From: Candidatus Avispirillum sp.
GTDB lineage: Bacteria; Bacillota; Clostridia; Oscillospirales; CAG-272
Assembly: GCA_045656825.1 (NCBI GenBank)
Contig: JAZORY010000062.1
Location: 1 to 63,444 of the forward strand
Length of the DNA: 63,444 bases
Direction: 5' to 3'
Part shown: positions 1-10,502 of the stretch, piece by piece
Layout of the letters: the number at the start of each line of letters is the position of its first letter
How positions within the stretch are numbered: the first letter of the stretch is position 1
Position numbers and translations under genes: made by a program
The notes under the pieces: generated by a model
The model's database searches: none
What the model was told of the DNA's origin: nothing
The model's input: the letters and a program-made list of their open reading frames with translations, nothing else

Positions 1-10
1 AATTTATAAA

Positions 11-37
11 AGGGAGCCCTGCAAAAACGGGCTCCCT
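11..37 (+). terminator. Hairpin AGGGAGCCC-N9-GGGCTCCCT upstream of the first gene
   Basis: 9-bp inverted repeat; no clear U-tract on +, A-run on its 5' side. Confidence 0.4.
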
Positions 38-65
38 CCCCCTAAAAACAAAAAAGGAAAACGTT

Positions 66-1268
66 ATGAAAAATCTTGAAACTCTTCGCACAGAGCTTAG
101 CTCTCTTGTGATAACGAAAAACGTTGCAAATAACGGCCCCCTCAGTTTTCTGAAGGCTTTTCTTTCCGCGCCTAAGGGGGATAAAACAGAAAAAACAGAG
201 CGCTATTGTGATTTTGTATCCTCAGTGTATGACCACGGCTGCGATCTCGGAGCATACATTGAGGATTCATTACGCTGTGATGATAACATATACGTTCGCC
301 TTTACGCCGCAGGAAAAGAAATTCCTAAGGTTATGAAGGAATGTTATGAGAGAGAGCTTAAAATTCTCTCTTCCATCACTGAAATCACACCTGATGAAAT
401 GATATCACTTGCAGAGCTTGATCCTGACCTCCCTAAATTCATAAGCACAGAAAAAAATCTTTCTGCTATTATGGAAAATGCTCTTGAAAACTCCGCAAAA
501 ATGGGATATGGTATATATGCAAGATACGGAATGTTCCGCGTTGGTGAAAATGCGGAGTTGTTGCCAGTGCTCTCCCCCGATCCCGTATCTCTCTCCGACC
601 TTGTTGGATACGACGAAGAAAGAGGCAAAGTGCTTAAAAACACAAAGGCGCTCCTTTGCGGAGCTCCTGCCGCAAACACGCTCCTTGTAGGAGATGCGGG
701 AACAGGTAAAAGCTCAACGGTCAAAGCCGTTGCAAACGAGCTGAAGAATGAAGGCCTCCGACTGATCGAGCTTCGCAAGGACCAGCTCACTATGCTTCCC
801 GACATTATGGGACATATTGCAACAAATCCCCTTAAATTCATCATCTTTATTGACGACCTCTCCTTTGCAAGTGAGGACGACGGCTTTGCAGCTCTTAAAG
901 CTATTCTTGAGGGCTCAGCGGCAGCTAAAACACCTAACGCCGTTATTTATGCAACAAGCAATCGTCGCCATATGGTTCACGAAACCTTCTCCGCAAGAGA
1001 GGGCGACGAGATTCATCTGCGCGACACACTTGAGGAAACCCTTTCCCTTTCTGCAAGATTCGGACTAACAGTTCTCTTCACAAAGCCCAACAGCACACTC
1101 TATAAAAAAATCGTTACAACTCTTGCACGCGAGCGCGGGATTGATATGCCCGAGGCCTCTCTTATGGTTCAGGCAGAAGCATTTGCTCTCGCCAAAGGCG
1201 GACGAAGCGCAAGAGTTGCAGGACAGTTTATTGACAGCTTGATAGTTAATTCTGAAAGGAATATATAA
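66..1268 (+). CDS. DUF815-family AAA+ ATP-binding protein
   Basis: Walker A GDAGTGKS, FIIFIDDLSF, LKAILEGS, YATSNRRH and SLSARFGL motifs typical of DUF815. Confidence 0.85.
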   Translation: MKNLETLRTELSSLVITKNVANNGPLSFLKAFLSAPKGDKTEKTERYCDFVSSVYDHGCDLGAYIEDSLRCDDNIYVRLYAAGKEIPKVMKECYERELKILSSITEITPDEMISLAELDPDLPKFISTEKNLSAIMENALENSAKMGYGIYARYGMFRVGENAELLPVLSPDPVSLSDLVGYDEERGKVLKNTKALLCGAPAANTLLVGDAGTGKSSTVKAVANELKNEGLRLIELRKDQLTMLPDIMGHIATNPLKFIIFIDDLSFASEDDGFAALKAILEGSAAAKTPNAVIYATSNRRHMVHETFSAREGDEIHLRDTLEETLSLSARFGLTVLFTKPNSTLYKKIVTTLARERGIDMPEASLMVQAEAFALAKGGRSARVAGQFIDSLIVNSERNI

Positions 1269-1271
1269 TAT

Positions 1272-2465
1272 ATGCTTACACTTGATAAGGTATATCACGC
1301 AGGATACGTGCTTAAAAGCGTTATAAGAAAAACCGACGTTATTAAAGCTCCCAGAATAAATCCTGACGCTGACGTTTACTTGAAAACAGAAAACCTGCAG
1401 ACAACAGGCTCCTTCAAAATAAGAGGCTCATACTATAAAATTTCTCAGCTTTCCGACGAAGAAAAGGCTCGCGGTGTTATTGCCTGCTCTGCAGGAAATC
1501 ATGCGCAGGGCGTTGCTCTTGCCGCAACAAAAAGCGGAATCAAAAGCCTTATCTGCCTTCCTGACAGCGCTCCTATCTCAAAGGTTGAAGCAACAAAGCG
1601 CTATGGTGCAGACGTTTGCCTCGTAAAAGGAGTTTACGACGACGCTTATAACAAAGCTCTTGAGCTCCGCGATAAAGAGGGATATACATTTATTCACCCC
1701 TTTAACGACGAGCAGGTTATAGCAGGACAGGGCACCATCGCTCTTGAAATCATGGACCAGATTTCTGACCTTGATGCAGTTGTTGTTCCTATCGGCGGCG
1801 GCGGACTTATTGCAGGCGTTGCTTACACGCTGAAAAATCTCAACCCCAACGTTAAGGTTTACGGTGTTCAGGCAACGGGCGCACCCAGCATGGCAAACTC
1901 TATTCACGATGGAAAAATCGAGCGCCTTGATGCTGTTTCCACTATCGCAGACGGTATCGCAGTTAAGGAGCCCGGTGATCTCACATATGAGATCTGCAAG
2001 CAGTACGTTGACGAAATCGTAACGGTTTCCGACGACGAAATTGCTGCAGCCATCCTTGCCCTCATCGAACAGCAGAAGCTTATAGCAGAGGGCGCAGGTG
2101 CTGTTTCCGTTGCAGCAGTTATGTTTAATAAGATACCCATTAAGGGCAAAAAGGTTTGTTGCCTTGTTTCAGGCGGTAACATCGACGTTACAATCCTCTC
2201 AAGAGTTATCAAGCGCGGTCTTCTTATGAGCGGCAGAAACTGCCAGCTCACCATCGAGCTTATAGATAAGCCCGGTCAGCTTCTTGACGTTGCAAGAATC
2301 ATCGCAGAGCTTGGCGGTAACGTTACTTCCATCCACCACGAAAGAGCAAATGAAGGCTCAGACGTTAACGGCTGCTATCTCAGAGTTAATATGGAAACAA
2401 GAAATGCAGAGCACAAGGAACAGATAAGACAGGGACTGCTCGATGCAGGCTTCAAGCTTGTCTGA
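1272..2465 (+). CDS. ilvA: Threonine ammonia-lyase with one C-terminal ACT domain
   Basis: PLP lysine motif [30 protein letters not shown]; ACT-like DKPGQL. Confidence 0.93.
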   Translation: MLTLDKVYHAGYVLKSVIRKTDVIKAPRINPDADVYLKTENLQTTGSFKIRGSYYKISQLSDEEKARGVIACSAGNHAQGVALAATKSGIKSLICLPDSAPISKVEATKRYGADVCLVKGVYDDAYNKALELRDKEGYTFIHPFNDEQVIAGQGTIALEIMDQISDLDAVVVPIGGGGLIAGVAYTLKNLNPNVKVYGVQATGAPSMANSIHDGKIERLDAVSTIADGIAVKEPGDLTYEICKQYVDEIVTVSDDEIAAAILALIEQQKLIAEGAGAVSVAAVMFNKIPIKGKKVCCLVSGGNIDVTILSRVIKRGLLMSGRNCQLTIELIDKPGQLLDVARIIAELGGNVTSIHHERANEGSDVNGCYLRVNMETRNAEHKEQIRQGLLDAGFKLV

Positions 2466-2484
2466 TAAAGAAAGGAAATACATT

Positions 2485-2856
2485 ATGAAATACATCTCAA
2501 CAGAAAAGGCTCCCGCCGCAATCGGCCCCTATTCACAGGCTGTTATCACAGGAAATCTTCTTTACACATCCGGTCAGATTCCGCTTGATCCCGCAACAGG
2601 AACAGTTGTTGAAGGCGGCATCAAGGAGCAGACAGAGCAGATCATGAAAAACCTTGGCGCTGTTCTTGAAGCAGCAGGCACAAGCTTTGAAAAGGCTGTT
2701 AAAACAACCTGCTTCCTTGCAGACATCGCAGATTTTGCATCATTCAACGAGGTTTACGCCAAGTATTTCACAGCTAAGCCCGCGCGAAGCTGCGTTGCCG
2801 TTCGCGATCTCCCCAAAGGCGTTCTCGCCGAGGTTGAGGTTATTGCTGAAGTATAA
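2485..2856 (+). CDS. ridA: RidA/YjgF-family enamine/imine deaminase
   Basis: [28 protein letters not shown]; start moved to ATG 2485 after the AAAGGA SD. Confidence 0.93.
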   Translation: MKYISTEKAPAAIGPYSQAVITGNLLYTSGQIPLDPATGTVVEGGIKEQTEQIMKNLGAVLEAAGTSFEKAVKTTCFLADIADFASFNEVYAKYFTAKPARSCVAVRDLPKGVLAEVEVIAEV

Positions 2857-2861
2857 ATTAC

Positions 2862-2890
2862 AAAAAGCACACCAAATGGTGTGCTTTTTT
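2862..2890. terminator. Bidirectional intrinsic terminator between ridA and rlmN
   Basis: AAAAAGCACACC-AAAT-GGTGTGCTTTTTT between convergent genes. Confidence 0.85.
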
Positions 2891-2921
2891 ATTACTTAAT
2901 TCGCAATTGATTGCCGGTCCG

Positions 2922-3953
2922 TCAATCATTCTCTCCCAGTCGGAGCTGACCGCAGGAGGCGTTGATATCACTGCCAAGCTTGCGGCGGATAGTTGCATTG
3001 ATGCCAAGAGAAAGAAGCTGTTCCTTGAAGCGATTTGCCATCTCTCTCTGAGGTGCGCTGTATCCCGTTTCATCAACACTGTTGAGAAGAATGAGATTTA
3101 CGTGCAAGGGGTTTTTACCCATATATTTTTTAAGAACTGTCGAAAGTCGCTTTGCATCTTCTGCCGAGTCGTTTTCTCCTGCAATAAGAGTATACTCAAA
3201 GGAAACTCTTCTGCCCGTTTTCTCAAAATACGTTCTGCAGGCGGAAAGCACCTCCTCAAGAGGATACTTTTTGTTTATAGGCATCAGGCGGCTTCTTCTT
3301 TCGTTATCCGCTGAGTGAAGAGACAATGAAAGCGTTACGGGAAGCCCTTCCTCTGCAAGTCGCAGAATACCGGGAACAACGCCGCAGGTTGAAACCGAAA
3401 TATGTCTCAGTCCTATATTAAGTCCATCAGGAGAAGAAACAAGGCGCAGGAATCTCATAGCGTTATCATAGTTGTCAAAGGGCTCGCCTATGCCCATCAT
3501 AACAATTCCGCCAACCTTTTCTCCCGTATCACGACCGATTACAGCTATCTGACCGAGGATTTCAGAGGCAGTGAGGTTTCTTGTTCTACCGCGTAGAGTG
3601 GAGGCACAGAACGTGCATCCCATTCGGCATCCTGCCTGGCAGGAAACACAAACCGTATTTCCGTGCTCATATTTCATAAACACGCTTTCAATCTTTTCGC
3701 CATCGTTCATTTCCATCAGATACTTAACAGTTCCGTCAAGCTTGGAAACCAGCTTTCTCGCTATTTTAGGAAGACGGTATTCACAATTTTCCTGAATTTT
3801 TGCTCTGAAAGCCGCAGGAACGTTGTTCCACTCCTCAATGGGCGCGCCCTTCTGCATCCAGCGATACACCTGCTCGCCGCGAAACGCCTTTTCGCCGAGG
3901 CTCACTGCAAGCTCCTTACACTCAGGAAGAGTAAGAGAAAGAATATCTATCAT
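2922..3953 (-). CDS. rlmN: 23S rRNA A2503/tRNA A37 C2-methyltransferase (radical SAM)
   Basis: CxxxCxxC (GCRMGCTFC), MGIGEP, C-terminal ASCGQL; start trimmed to MIDIL. Confidence 0.95.
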   Translation of the reverse strand: MIDILSLTLPECKELAVSLGEKAFRGEQVYRWMQKGAPIEEWNNVPAAFRAKIQENCEYRLPKIARKLVSKLDGTVKYLMEMNDGEKIESVFMKYEHGNTVCVSCQAGCRMGCTFCASTLRGRTRNLTASEILGQIAVIGRDTGEKVGGIVMMGIGEPFDNYDNAMRFLRLVSSPDGLNIGLRHISVSTCGVVPGILRLAEEGLPVTLSLSLHSADNERRSRLMPINKKYPLEEVLSACRTYFEKTGRRVSFEYTLIAGENDSAEDAKRLSTVLKKYMGKNPLHVNLILLNSVDETGYSAPQREMANRFKEQLLSLGINATIRRKLGSDINASCGQLRLGEND

Positions 3954-5218
3954 CACACCGTCTCCTTTCTTATCATTTTGCAAATGAAAAATCCATCTGT
4001 TCCATCAATATGAGGAAGCATCGTTTTCATTTCCACCATTTCAAACTGAGGATTTTCCAAAAGAAAACCCTCAACTATCTCCTCGTTCTCGCGCTTTAAT
4101 ATGGTGCAGGTGGAATAAACGAGAACTCCGCCATCACGCACGTACTGCGCTGCTCCGCGAAGCACTGCCGCCTGCACGCGAGGAAGACCCTCGGATGCTT
4201 TAACGTCCTTATACTTGATATCAGGCTTCTTACCGATAACGCCAAAGCCAGAGCAAGGGGCATCGCACAAAACGCGGTCCGCCTTTCCTATAATATCCTC
4301 GCGGGGGGTTCTGGCGTCTCTCGCCTCGGCTGAGATAATATCAATACCAAGCTTGGCCGCTCCCTTTTTGATAAGAGAGATTTTATTATCGTGAAGATCA
4401 AAGGAATAAATCTTGCCCTCGTTTTTCATATTAAGCGCAAGGGCGAAGCTTTTGCCTCCGGGGGCTGAGCATGTGTCAACAACGGTCTCACCGGGCTGTG
4501 CACCTACCATCTGTGCGCAAAGAGCAGACGCCTCGTCCTGAACAAACCAATCTCCTCGCTCAACTCCATCAAGCACTCCGTCAAAGCCGCGGGTCAGCAT
4601 AACTCCCTCACACAGCTCCGAGCTGTATGCGCCCAATTCTGCCGCCTTTTCAGCCGCATCTGCCCTTAAGGTGTTGACTCTTATTGCCGTGTCCTTTTTC
4701 TCAAGGAACGCCGCCAAAATAGCCTCAGCATCGCTGGGATAATCCTTCATAATAAGAGAGCAAAGCTCCTTCGGGGTTGAATACTTAACGCTGAGATAAA
4801 GGAGCTCTCCCTCTTCCTTTTCAGGCATCTCAGGCTTTTTTCTCAAATAAGAGCGAAGAAGCGCATTGGTAAATCCGCGGGATTTTCTCGGACAAAGCTC
4901 AACTGCTTCATCAACTGCCGCGTGGGCGGGGATCTTATCCATAAACTCAAGCTGGCAGATTCCAAGGCGGATAGCAGCAAGCGTTTTTTCGTCGATATCC
5001 TTTAAGGGACGGGATGAAAGCTTTTTAATTATATAGTCTATTGTGAGAAGCCTTTCAATCGTCGTATAAACAAGGGCTGTGTAAAGGCCTCTGTCTGCTC
5101 CCTGAAGGCTTGTTCTGTTAAGAATGGCAGAAACCTCAAGGTTTACAAATTTATCATTGGCAAGACAGCTTACAAGCGAAGCGTGTGCTGCCTGCCTTGC
5201 AGGATTTACATTTCCCAT
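3953..5218 (-). CDS. rsmB: 16S rRNA m5C967 methyltransferase
   Basis: NusB-like N-terminus, QDEAS, APGGKS, DAPCSG, YSTCT; conserved position after fmt. Confidence 0.93.
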   Translation of the reverse strand: MGNVNPARQAAHASLVSCLANDKFVNLEVSAILNRTSLQGADRGLYTALVYTTIERLLTIDYIIKKLSSRPLKDIDEKTLAAIRLGICQLEFMDKIPAHAAVDEAVELCPRKSRGFTNALLRSYLRKKPEMPEKEEGELLYLSVKYSTPKELCSLIMKDYPSDAEAILAAFLEKKDTAIRVNTLRADAAEKAAELGAYSSELCEGVMLTRGFDGVLDGVERGDWFVQDEASALCAQMVGAQPGETVVDTCSAPGGKSFALALNMKNEGKIYSFDLHDNKISLIKKGAAKLGIDIISAEARDARTPREDIIGKADRVLCDAPCSGFGVIGKKPDIKYKDVKASEGLPRVQAAVLRGAAQYVRDGGVLVYSTCTILKRENEEIVEGFLLENPQFEMVEMKTMLPHIDGTDGFFICKMIRKETV

Positions 5219-6153
5219 TTCAGCATATCACCTAAAGCAATTCTTCTTCCGTGAACAAAGTCCTCCGCCTTCATTCTGCCCTTACCCTCGGGAAGCACAG
5301 CTGTTACGTGGAGCTTTGTTCCGCCGCCACAAGCAACCTCAAAGCCATTATTAAGAGAAACTATCGTTCCGGGCTTTGCTTCTGTTGAACCGGGGGCTTT
5401 TTTTGCGGAAATGATCTTCAACATTCTGGCATCGGGCAATTTTGTGAAAGCAAGGGGGAAGGGTGAAAGTCCTCTGATCTGGCAGCTGACCTCGTCTGCT
5501 GTTTTAGAGAAATCAATCTTACAATCTGCCTTTGTGATCTTCGCGGCATAGCAAGACTTACTATCGTCCTGTTTTTCTCTGACAACCGTTCCGTTTTCTA
5601 TCATCTCCATTGCCTCTGTTACAGCGCGACCTCCGATCTCTGCCAGCTTATCGTGGAGAGTTTCAAAGGTTTCATCCTCTGTTATGGGGCATTTGATGAT
5701 ATGAAGCATATCGCCCGTGTCGATTCCATCATCCATCTGAATGATTGTGATGCCTGTTTCCTTCTTGCCATCAATGATAGCTCTCTGGATGGGCGCTGCT
5801 CCTCTGTACTCAGGGAGAACGGATCCGTGGATATTGATGCTTCCGTGCTTAGGATAATCAAGAACGTATGAGGGCAGGATCTTGCCAAAAGCAACAACCA
5901 CGATTATATCAGGGTTCAGCTCTTCAAGAGTGGGCAAAAAAGAGCCATCACGAAGGGTTTCAGGCTGATAAACGGGAAGGCCAACCTCTTCAGCCAACAC
6001 CTTAACGGCAGATTTTGCCATTTCATAGCCTCTGCCCTTAGGCTTATCAGGCTGAGTTACAACACCGAGAACCTCATGTCCTGCAGCAAGGATCGCTTTC
6101 AGGCACTCCGCGGCAATATCGGGTGTGCCCATAAAAAGAACTTTCATACTCAT
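5206..6153 (-). CDS. fmt: Methionyl-tRNA formyltransferase
   Basis: FMGTP, TQPDKPKGRG, NIHGSVLPEYRGAAP, DTGD. Confidence 0.96.
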   Translation of the reverse strand: MSMKVLFMGTPDIAAECLKAILAAGHEVLGVVTQPDKPKGRGYEMAKSAVKVLAEEVGLPVYQPETLRDGSFLPTLEELNPDIIVVVAFGKILPSYVLDYPKHGSINIHGSVLPEYRGAAPIQRAIIDGKKETGITIIQMDDGIDTGDMLHIIKCPITEDETFETLHDKLAEIGGRAVTEAMEMIENGTVVREKQDDSKSCYAAKITKADCKIDFSKTADEVSCQIRGLSPFPLAFTKLPDARMLKIISAKKAPGSTEAKPGTIVSLNNGFEVACGGGTKLHVTAVLPEGKGRMKAEDFVHGRRIALGDMLKWEM

Positions 6154-6623
6154 TCTATTTCAAGATCCTCCGGATTAAGCATTTCAATGGCATGGTCTGT
6201 GTAAAGAATACCGTCAAGGTGATCGATCTCATGGCAGAAAGCTCTTGCCGCAAGTCCCTTTCCTGAAACAGTATATTCTTCGCCATGGCGGTTCATTGCG
6301 CGAACCGTTACCTCCATAGGACGATCTGTTACACCCCACTTGCCGGGAAGAGAAAGGCATCCCTCAATTTCCTGCTGGTTGCCCTTGCGCTCGATGATCT
6401 CAGGGTTGATAAGCTCGTAAAGCTGACCGTCCTCGACCTCAACAAGAGCGATTCTGCGGCGAACACCAACCTGAGGAGCCGCAAGGCCTGCGCCATTTGC
6501 ATCGTGAAGAGTTTCTATCATATCATCAAGAAGAGTGATGATTCTGGGTGTGATCTCAAGAACAGGGCGGCACTTTCCGCGAAGAACGGGATCGCCCTCT
6601 TTAACAATATTAAGCTTTGCCAT
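6150..6623 (-). CDS. def: Peptide deformylase
   Basis: GAGLAAPQ, EGCLS, HEIDHLDG. Confidence 0.97.
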   Translation of the reverse strand: MAKLNIVKEGDPVLRGKCRPVLEITPRIITLLDDMIETLHDANGAGLAAPQVGVRRRIALVEVEDGQLYELINPEIIERKGNQQEIEGCLSLPGKWGVTDRPMEVTVRAMNRHGEEYTVSGKGLAARAFCHEIDHLDGILYTDHAIEMLNPEDLEIE

Positions 6624-6638
6624 AATATTTCTCCTTTA

Positions 6639-9161
6639 TCAAAGTCCCGACGGATTAAGATCCGCCGTAACGGTTATTTTTCTTGTTGATTTCATTCCAA
6701 CCTCGCGAAGCAGCTGACTTATCATAGCGCGGCTTCTCTTTGCAAGGCGGCATTTTATTATTATTCGCATGCGGAAGCTGTTCTGCACCTTATATACGGG
6801 GGCCTCAAACGGTCCGAAGACCTCTGCCGAAACGTCCTTATATTCATCGCTCAGCATCTGACAAAGTCGCTCTGCCACCGCCTTTGATGCAGCAGAGAGA
6901 AGGGCCTCGTCTCCGCTTGTGATATTTATAACTGCTATATCGCAGAAGGGAGGAAACGTGAGCGCACGTCGAACTCCTATCTCGCTTTCATAAAAGCTTT
7001 TATAATCCTGCTTTGCTGCAAGCTTGATTATAGGAGAATCGGGATTGCAGGTTTGAATAACCGCAACTCCTTTGTTTTCCCCTCGACCTGCTCGTCCTAT
7101 CACCTGAGTGAGCATAGCAAAGGTTCTCTCGCTTGCTCTGAAGTCGTCAAGGAAAAGGCTTCCGTCCGCGTTCATAACTCCAACTAACGTTACGTCGGGA
7201 AAATCATGTCCCTTTGTAACCATTTGTGTTCCAAGCAATATATCCGCTTCCTTGCTTCTGAAGCTATCAAGAATTTTATCAAAAGCCTGCTTCGTGCTTG
7301 TCGTATCCATATCCATTCGCATAACACGCGCAGTTGGAACAAGCTTTGACAATTCCTCCTCAGCCTGCTGAGTTCCGCAGCCAACAAATCGAAAATGCTC
7401 CGACTGACAGCTGGGGCAGACGCTGGGCACCTGAGCTTTATATCCGCAATAGTGGCAGGAAAGGCTTCCCCTCTCCGACCTTATTCTGAAATAATCCTCC
7501 GGGTTCTCTGCTTTGCCGAGCGTGCGATGGGTATGATAAGTGAGTGAAACGGAACAATGAGGACATTTGATCGCCTCTCCGCATATTCTGCAGGAAACCG
7601 CGCTGTTATATCCTCGGCGATTTAAGAAAACTATCGCCTGCTTTTTATTTTTAACAGTTTCCAAAAGCTTTGTATACAGGGAAAGTCCGATTGGAGACGA
7701 ATTGCCCATGCTGCGATCAAGTCGCATATCGCTTACGATAACATCGGGAAGAACTGCTCCGCCGTAGCGATTATTCATCTCAACCAAGGTGTAAACTCCG
7801 CTTTTAGCTTTATAATACGATGCAAGAGAGGGGGTTGCCGAGGCAAGCAGCATCAATGCATCATTTTTGCCGCAGCGATATCTTGCAATATCGTGGGCAT
7901 GATATTTAGGATCTGTGTCTGATTTATAGGTATGCTCCTGCTCCTCGTCGATAACAATCATTCCAAGGTTTTTAACGGGAGCGAATATAGCACTTCTGGT
8001 TCCGATAACAATATCGGCATCTCCCTGCCTGATTCTTCTCCAGGCATCGTACTTCTCTCCCTGAGAAAGAGCTGAATGAATAACTGCAACCCTCTCTCCA
8101 TAGCAAGAGCAAAAGATACCAACAGTCTGAGGTGTCAACGAAATTTCGGGAACAAGGATTATAACGCCGCGGCCATCTGCTATCATATGGTCTATCATAG
8201 CCTTTATAACTCTTGTTTTTCCACTTCCGGTTACACCGTGCAGAAGAGCAGCTCGTGCCTCTCCGGAATCTGCAAGCTCTGAAAGGGTTTTAACCGCTTC
8301 AGCCTGCTCCTCTGACAAGGAGGATCTTTCATAAACGTTCTTCTTATCGCAGGCAGAAAGATATGGATTTCTGTATATCTCTCGCTTTGTCAGCAGAACG
8401 TGCCCCTTTTTTTCAAGAGAAGAAAGCTGAACCTTAGCCTCTCGTCCGATATAGGCAAAAAGCTCGTCGCTATCAGCTTCTCCAACGTCTGCAAGTCGGG
8501 ATAATATTGCTGCCTGTAAAGGACTTCTTGAGCATTTTTCCGCCTCTCGCAGAGCATCCTCCCTTGAAATTTTCAAGGCAACGTGGGTTTGATATTTTAT
8601 ATTGGACGACTCCTTCACCTCAGCCTCTTTTTCAATGAGGCCAAGTCTGATAAGCGATGCGGCAAGAGCCGCAGTTTCATCGCCAAATTCATTTCTGAGC
8701 ATTCCTGAGGACACTCTGCCACGGCTTTTAACAAAGCTATAAAACAGCAGAGCCTTTTCGGAAAGCTTCTTCTTTTTTGATTCGCTGGGCTCGGCCGAAA
8801 CGAAATAGTAAAAATTCAATTTCGACATCGCGGCAGACGGAACAACCGTTTTAACTGCCTCGCCAAACGTGCAAAGGGTGTAATCGCACATAAAACGACA
8901 AAGAGCGATCTCATCCTCGTCCAAAACAGGACTATCGGAGGAAACGGAAAAAATAGGCTTTAATTCCCTCTCGCTCTCAGGCTCGCTTGTGATATCTGTT
9001 ACGATAGCGGCGCATTTTCTGTTTCCGCGACCAAAGCTGACGTTTACAAGACAGCCTGGCACAACCGCATCTGCAATATTTGCAGGGATATAATATTCAT
9101 AAACTCTGTCGCCGTGATACGGAACGTCCAGAATTCTGACCTTGGCATATTCGCCCTTCAC
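6639..9161 (-). CDS. priA: Primosomal protein N'
   Basis: GVTGSGKT, DEEQE, SAT, four CxxC pairs, QVIGRAGR. Confidence 0.96.
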   Translation of the reverse strand: MKGEYAKVRILDVPYHGDRVYEYYIPANIADAVVPGCLVNVSFGRGNRKCAAIVTDITSEPESERELKPIFSVSSDSPVLDEDEIALCRFMCDYTLCTFGEAVKTVVPSAAMSKLNFYYFVSAEPSESKKKKLSEKALLFYSFVKSRGRVSSGMLRNEFGDETAALAASLIRLGLIEKEAEVKESSNIKYQTHVALKISREDALREAEKCSRSPLQAAILSRLADVGEADSDELFAYIGREAKVQLSSLEKKGHVLLTKREIYRNPYLSACDKKNVYERSSLSEEQAEAVKTLSELADSGEARAALLHGVTGSGKTRVIKAMIDHMIADGRGVIILVPEISLTPQTVGIFCSCYGERVAVIHSALSQGEKYDAWRRIRQGDADIVIGTRSAIFAPVKNLGMIVIDEEQEHTYKSDTDPKYHAHDIARYRCGKNDALMLLASATPSLASYYKAKSGVYTLVEMNNRYGGAVLPDVIVSDMRLDRSMGNSSPIGLSLYTKLLETVKNKKQAIVFLNRRGYNSAVSCRICGEAIKCPHCSVSLTYHTHRTLGKAENPEDYFRIRSERGSLSCHYCGYKAQVPSVCPSCQSEHFRFVGCGTQQAEEELSKLVPTARVMRMDMDTTSTKQAFDKILDSFRSKEADILLGTQMVTKGHDFPDVTLVGVMNADGSLFLDDFRASERTFAMLTQVIGRAGRGENKGVAVIQTCNPDSPIIKLAAKQDYKSFYESEIGVRRALTFPPFCDIAVINITSGDEALLSAASKAVAERLCQMLSDEYKDVSAEVFGPFEAPVYKVQNSFRMRIIIKCRLAKRSRAMISQLLREVGMKSTRKITVTADLNPSGL

Positions 9162-9193
9162 AAAACGCGCCTCCCTTCACTTTTTATATCTAA

Positions 9194-9227
9194 ATCAGCC
9201 TGCTTCCCATAATGGCAGCAGGCTGAT
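9194..9227. terminator. Hairpin between rpoZ and priA (weak terminator or stabilising stem)
   Basis: ATCAGCCTGCT...AGCAGGCTGAT inverted repeat, poor U-tract. Confidence 0.45.
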
Positions 9228-9240
9228 AGCTTTTCAAAAA

Positions 9241-9585
9241 TTATTCTTCAACGATAGCTTCTGCCGCAGCTGCTTCTGCTGCTGCCTTTTCAGCCTTTGC
9301 AGCCTCAGCCTGAGCGATGAGATCATCATCATAGCCAACAATTGCAAAGTCGCCTGCGTGAAGGTGATTGATTGCTGTCTTAACAGCCTTATCGTCGCGA
9401 TATTCGCGATTGATCATATTTGCAACAGACTTATCTGTTTCCTTGTTTGCAACTCTCTTTTCAGCAATTTCTCTCTGCTTCATGTATTCGTCTGTGATCA
9501 TTCTTGCGCTCTTAGCTGTTGCAATAACAAGAGTGTAGCGGTTGAATCTGTCTTTTGTAAGGTCCTGAATGGAAGGTACTATCAT
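9241..9585 (-). CDS. rpoZ: RNA polymerase omega subunit
   Basis: PSIQDL...NRYTLVIATAKSAR...KAVKTA; position between gmk and priA; start at MIVPS after the AAAGGAG SD. Confidence 0.88.
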   Translation of the reverse strand: MIVPSIQDLTKDRFNRYTLVIATAKSARMITDEYMKQREIAEKRVANKETDKSVANMINREYRDDKAVKTAINHLHAGDFAIVGYDDDLIAQAEAAKAEKAAAEAAAAEAIVEE

Positions 9586-9604
9586 TTTATTCTCTCCTTT
9601 ATGG

Positions 9605-10219
9605 TTAGTTTTCAAGAAATTTATCTGTTATATATGTCATTCTCGCGCTTTTATTTCTTTCTGCGCGAATGATCTCTCTGATCTTTTCTGCACATGCATC
9701 AATACCGTTCTCTTCATTGACTACAACGTAGTCGTAGGAGGAAGCAAGCTTGATCTCATCTCTTGCACGTGCAAGTCGGTTTGCTATAACCTGTTCTGTT
9801 TCCGTTCCTCTGCCGCGAAGGCGCTCTTCAAGAATAGAAACTGTTGGGGGAATAAGCATTATTGTTACGGAATCGGGCACGATGCGCTTGATCTGGGAAG
9901 CTCCGTCAACCTCGATCTCAAGAATCAGGTCCTTTCCCTCACCTGTGATGCGCTCTGCTTCTTTTTTGGGAGTTCCGTAATAATTTCCGCAGTAGGACGT
10001 GAACTCAAGGATCTCGCCCTGAGCTACCATATCCTCAAAATCATCTCTTGTGATGAAATAATACTCTCTGCCGTCAACCTCGCCCTCTCTGGGTGATCTT
10101 GTGGTGGCAGAAACGGAAAGGCTCACCTCGGGCATTATTTCGCGCAGACGCTTTACAACTGTGCCCTTACCGCTTCCGGAGGGGCCTGAAATAACAACAA
10201 GTGTTCCTTTATTCTGCAT
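9605..10219 (-). CDS. gmk: Guanylate kinase
   Basis: [33 protein letters not shown]. Confidence 0.97.
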   Translation of the reverse strand: MQNKGTLVVISGPSGSGKGTVVKRLREIMPEVSLSVSATTRSPREGEVDGREYYFITRDDFEDMVAQGEILEFTSYCGNYYGTPKKEAERITGEGKDLILEIEVDGASQIKRIVPDSVTIMLIPPTVSILEERLRGRGTETEQVIANRLARARDEIKLASSYDYVVVNEENGIDACAEKIREIIRAERNKSARMTYITDKFLEN

Positions 10220-10466
10220 CGTCGTGAACCTCCTCGCCCATCATTCTTGCCGCAATTGTTTCCGTCTGGATAGCGGAAAGAACAACGTGGTCGCTGTCTG
10301 TTACAATAACTGCTCTTGTTTTTCTGCCGCTTGTGCAATCAAGCACTCGTCCTTCGTCCCTCGCCTCCTGAATAAGACGCTTTGAGGGCGCACTGTCGGA
10401 ACCGACCAAGGCGATAATACGGTTTGCGGCTATCATATTGTTAAAGCCTATATTTATAAACTTCAT
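10209..10466 (-). CDS. remA: RemA/DUF370-family regulator
   Basis: [24 protein letters not shown]; yicC-remA-gmk synteny. Confidence 0.92.
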   Translation of the reverse strand: MKFINIGFNNMIAANRIIALVGSDSAPSKRLIQEARDEGRVLDCTSGRKTRAVIVTDSDHVVLSAIQTETIAARMMGEEVHDDAE

Positions 10467-10502
10467 ATTGTTACCTGTCTAAGCTAATTATAGCAGCTTT
10501 TC

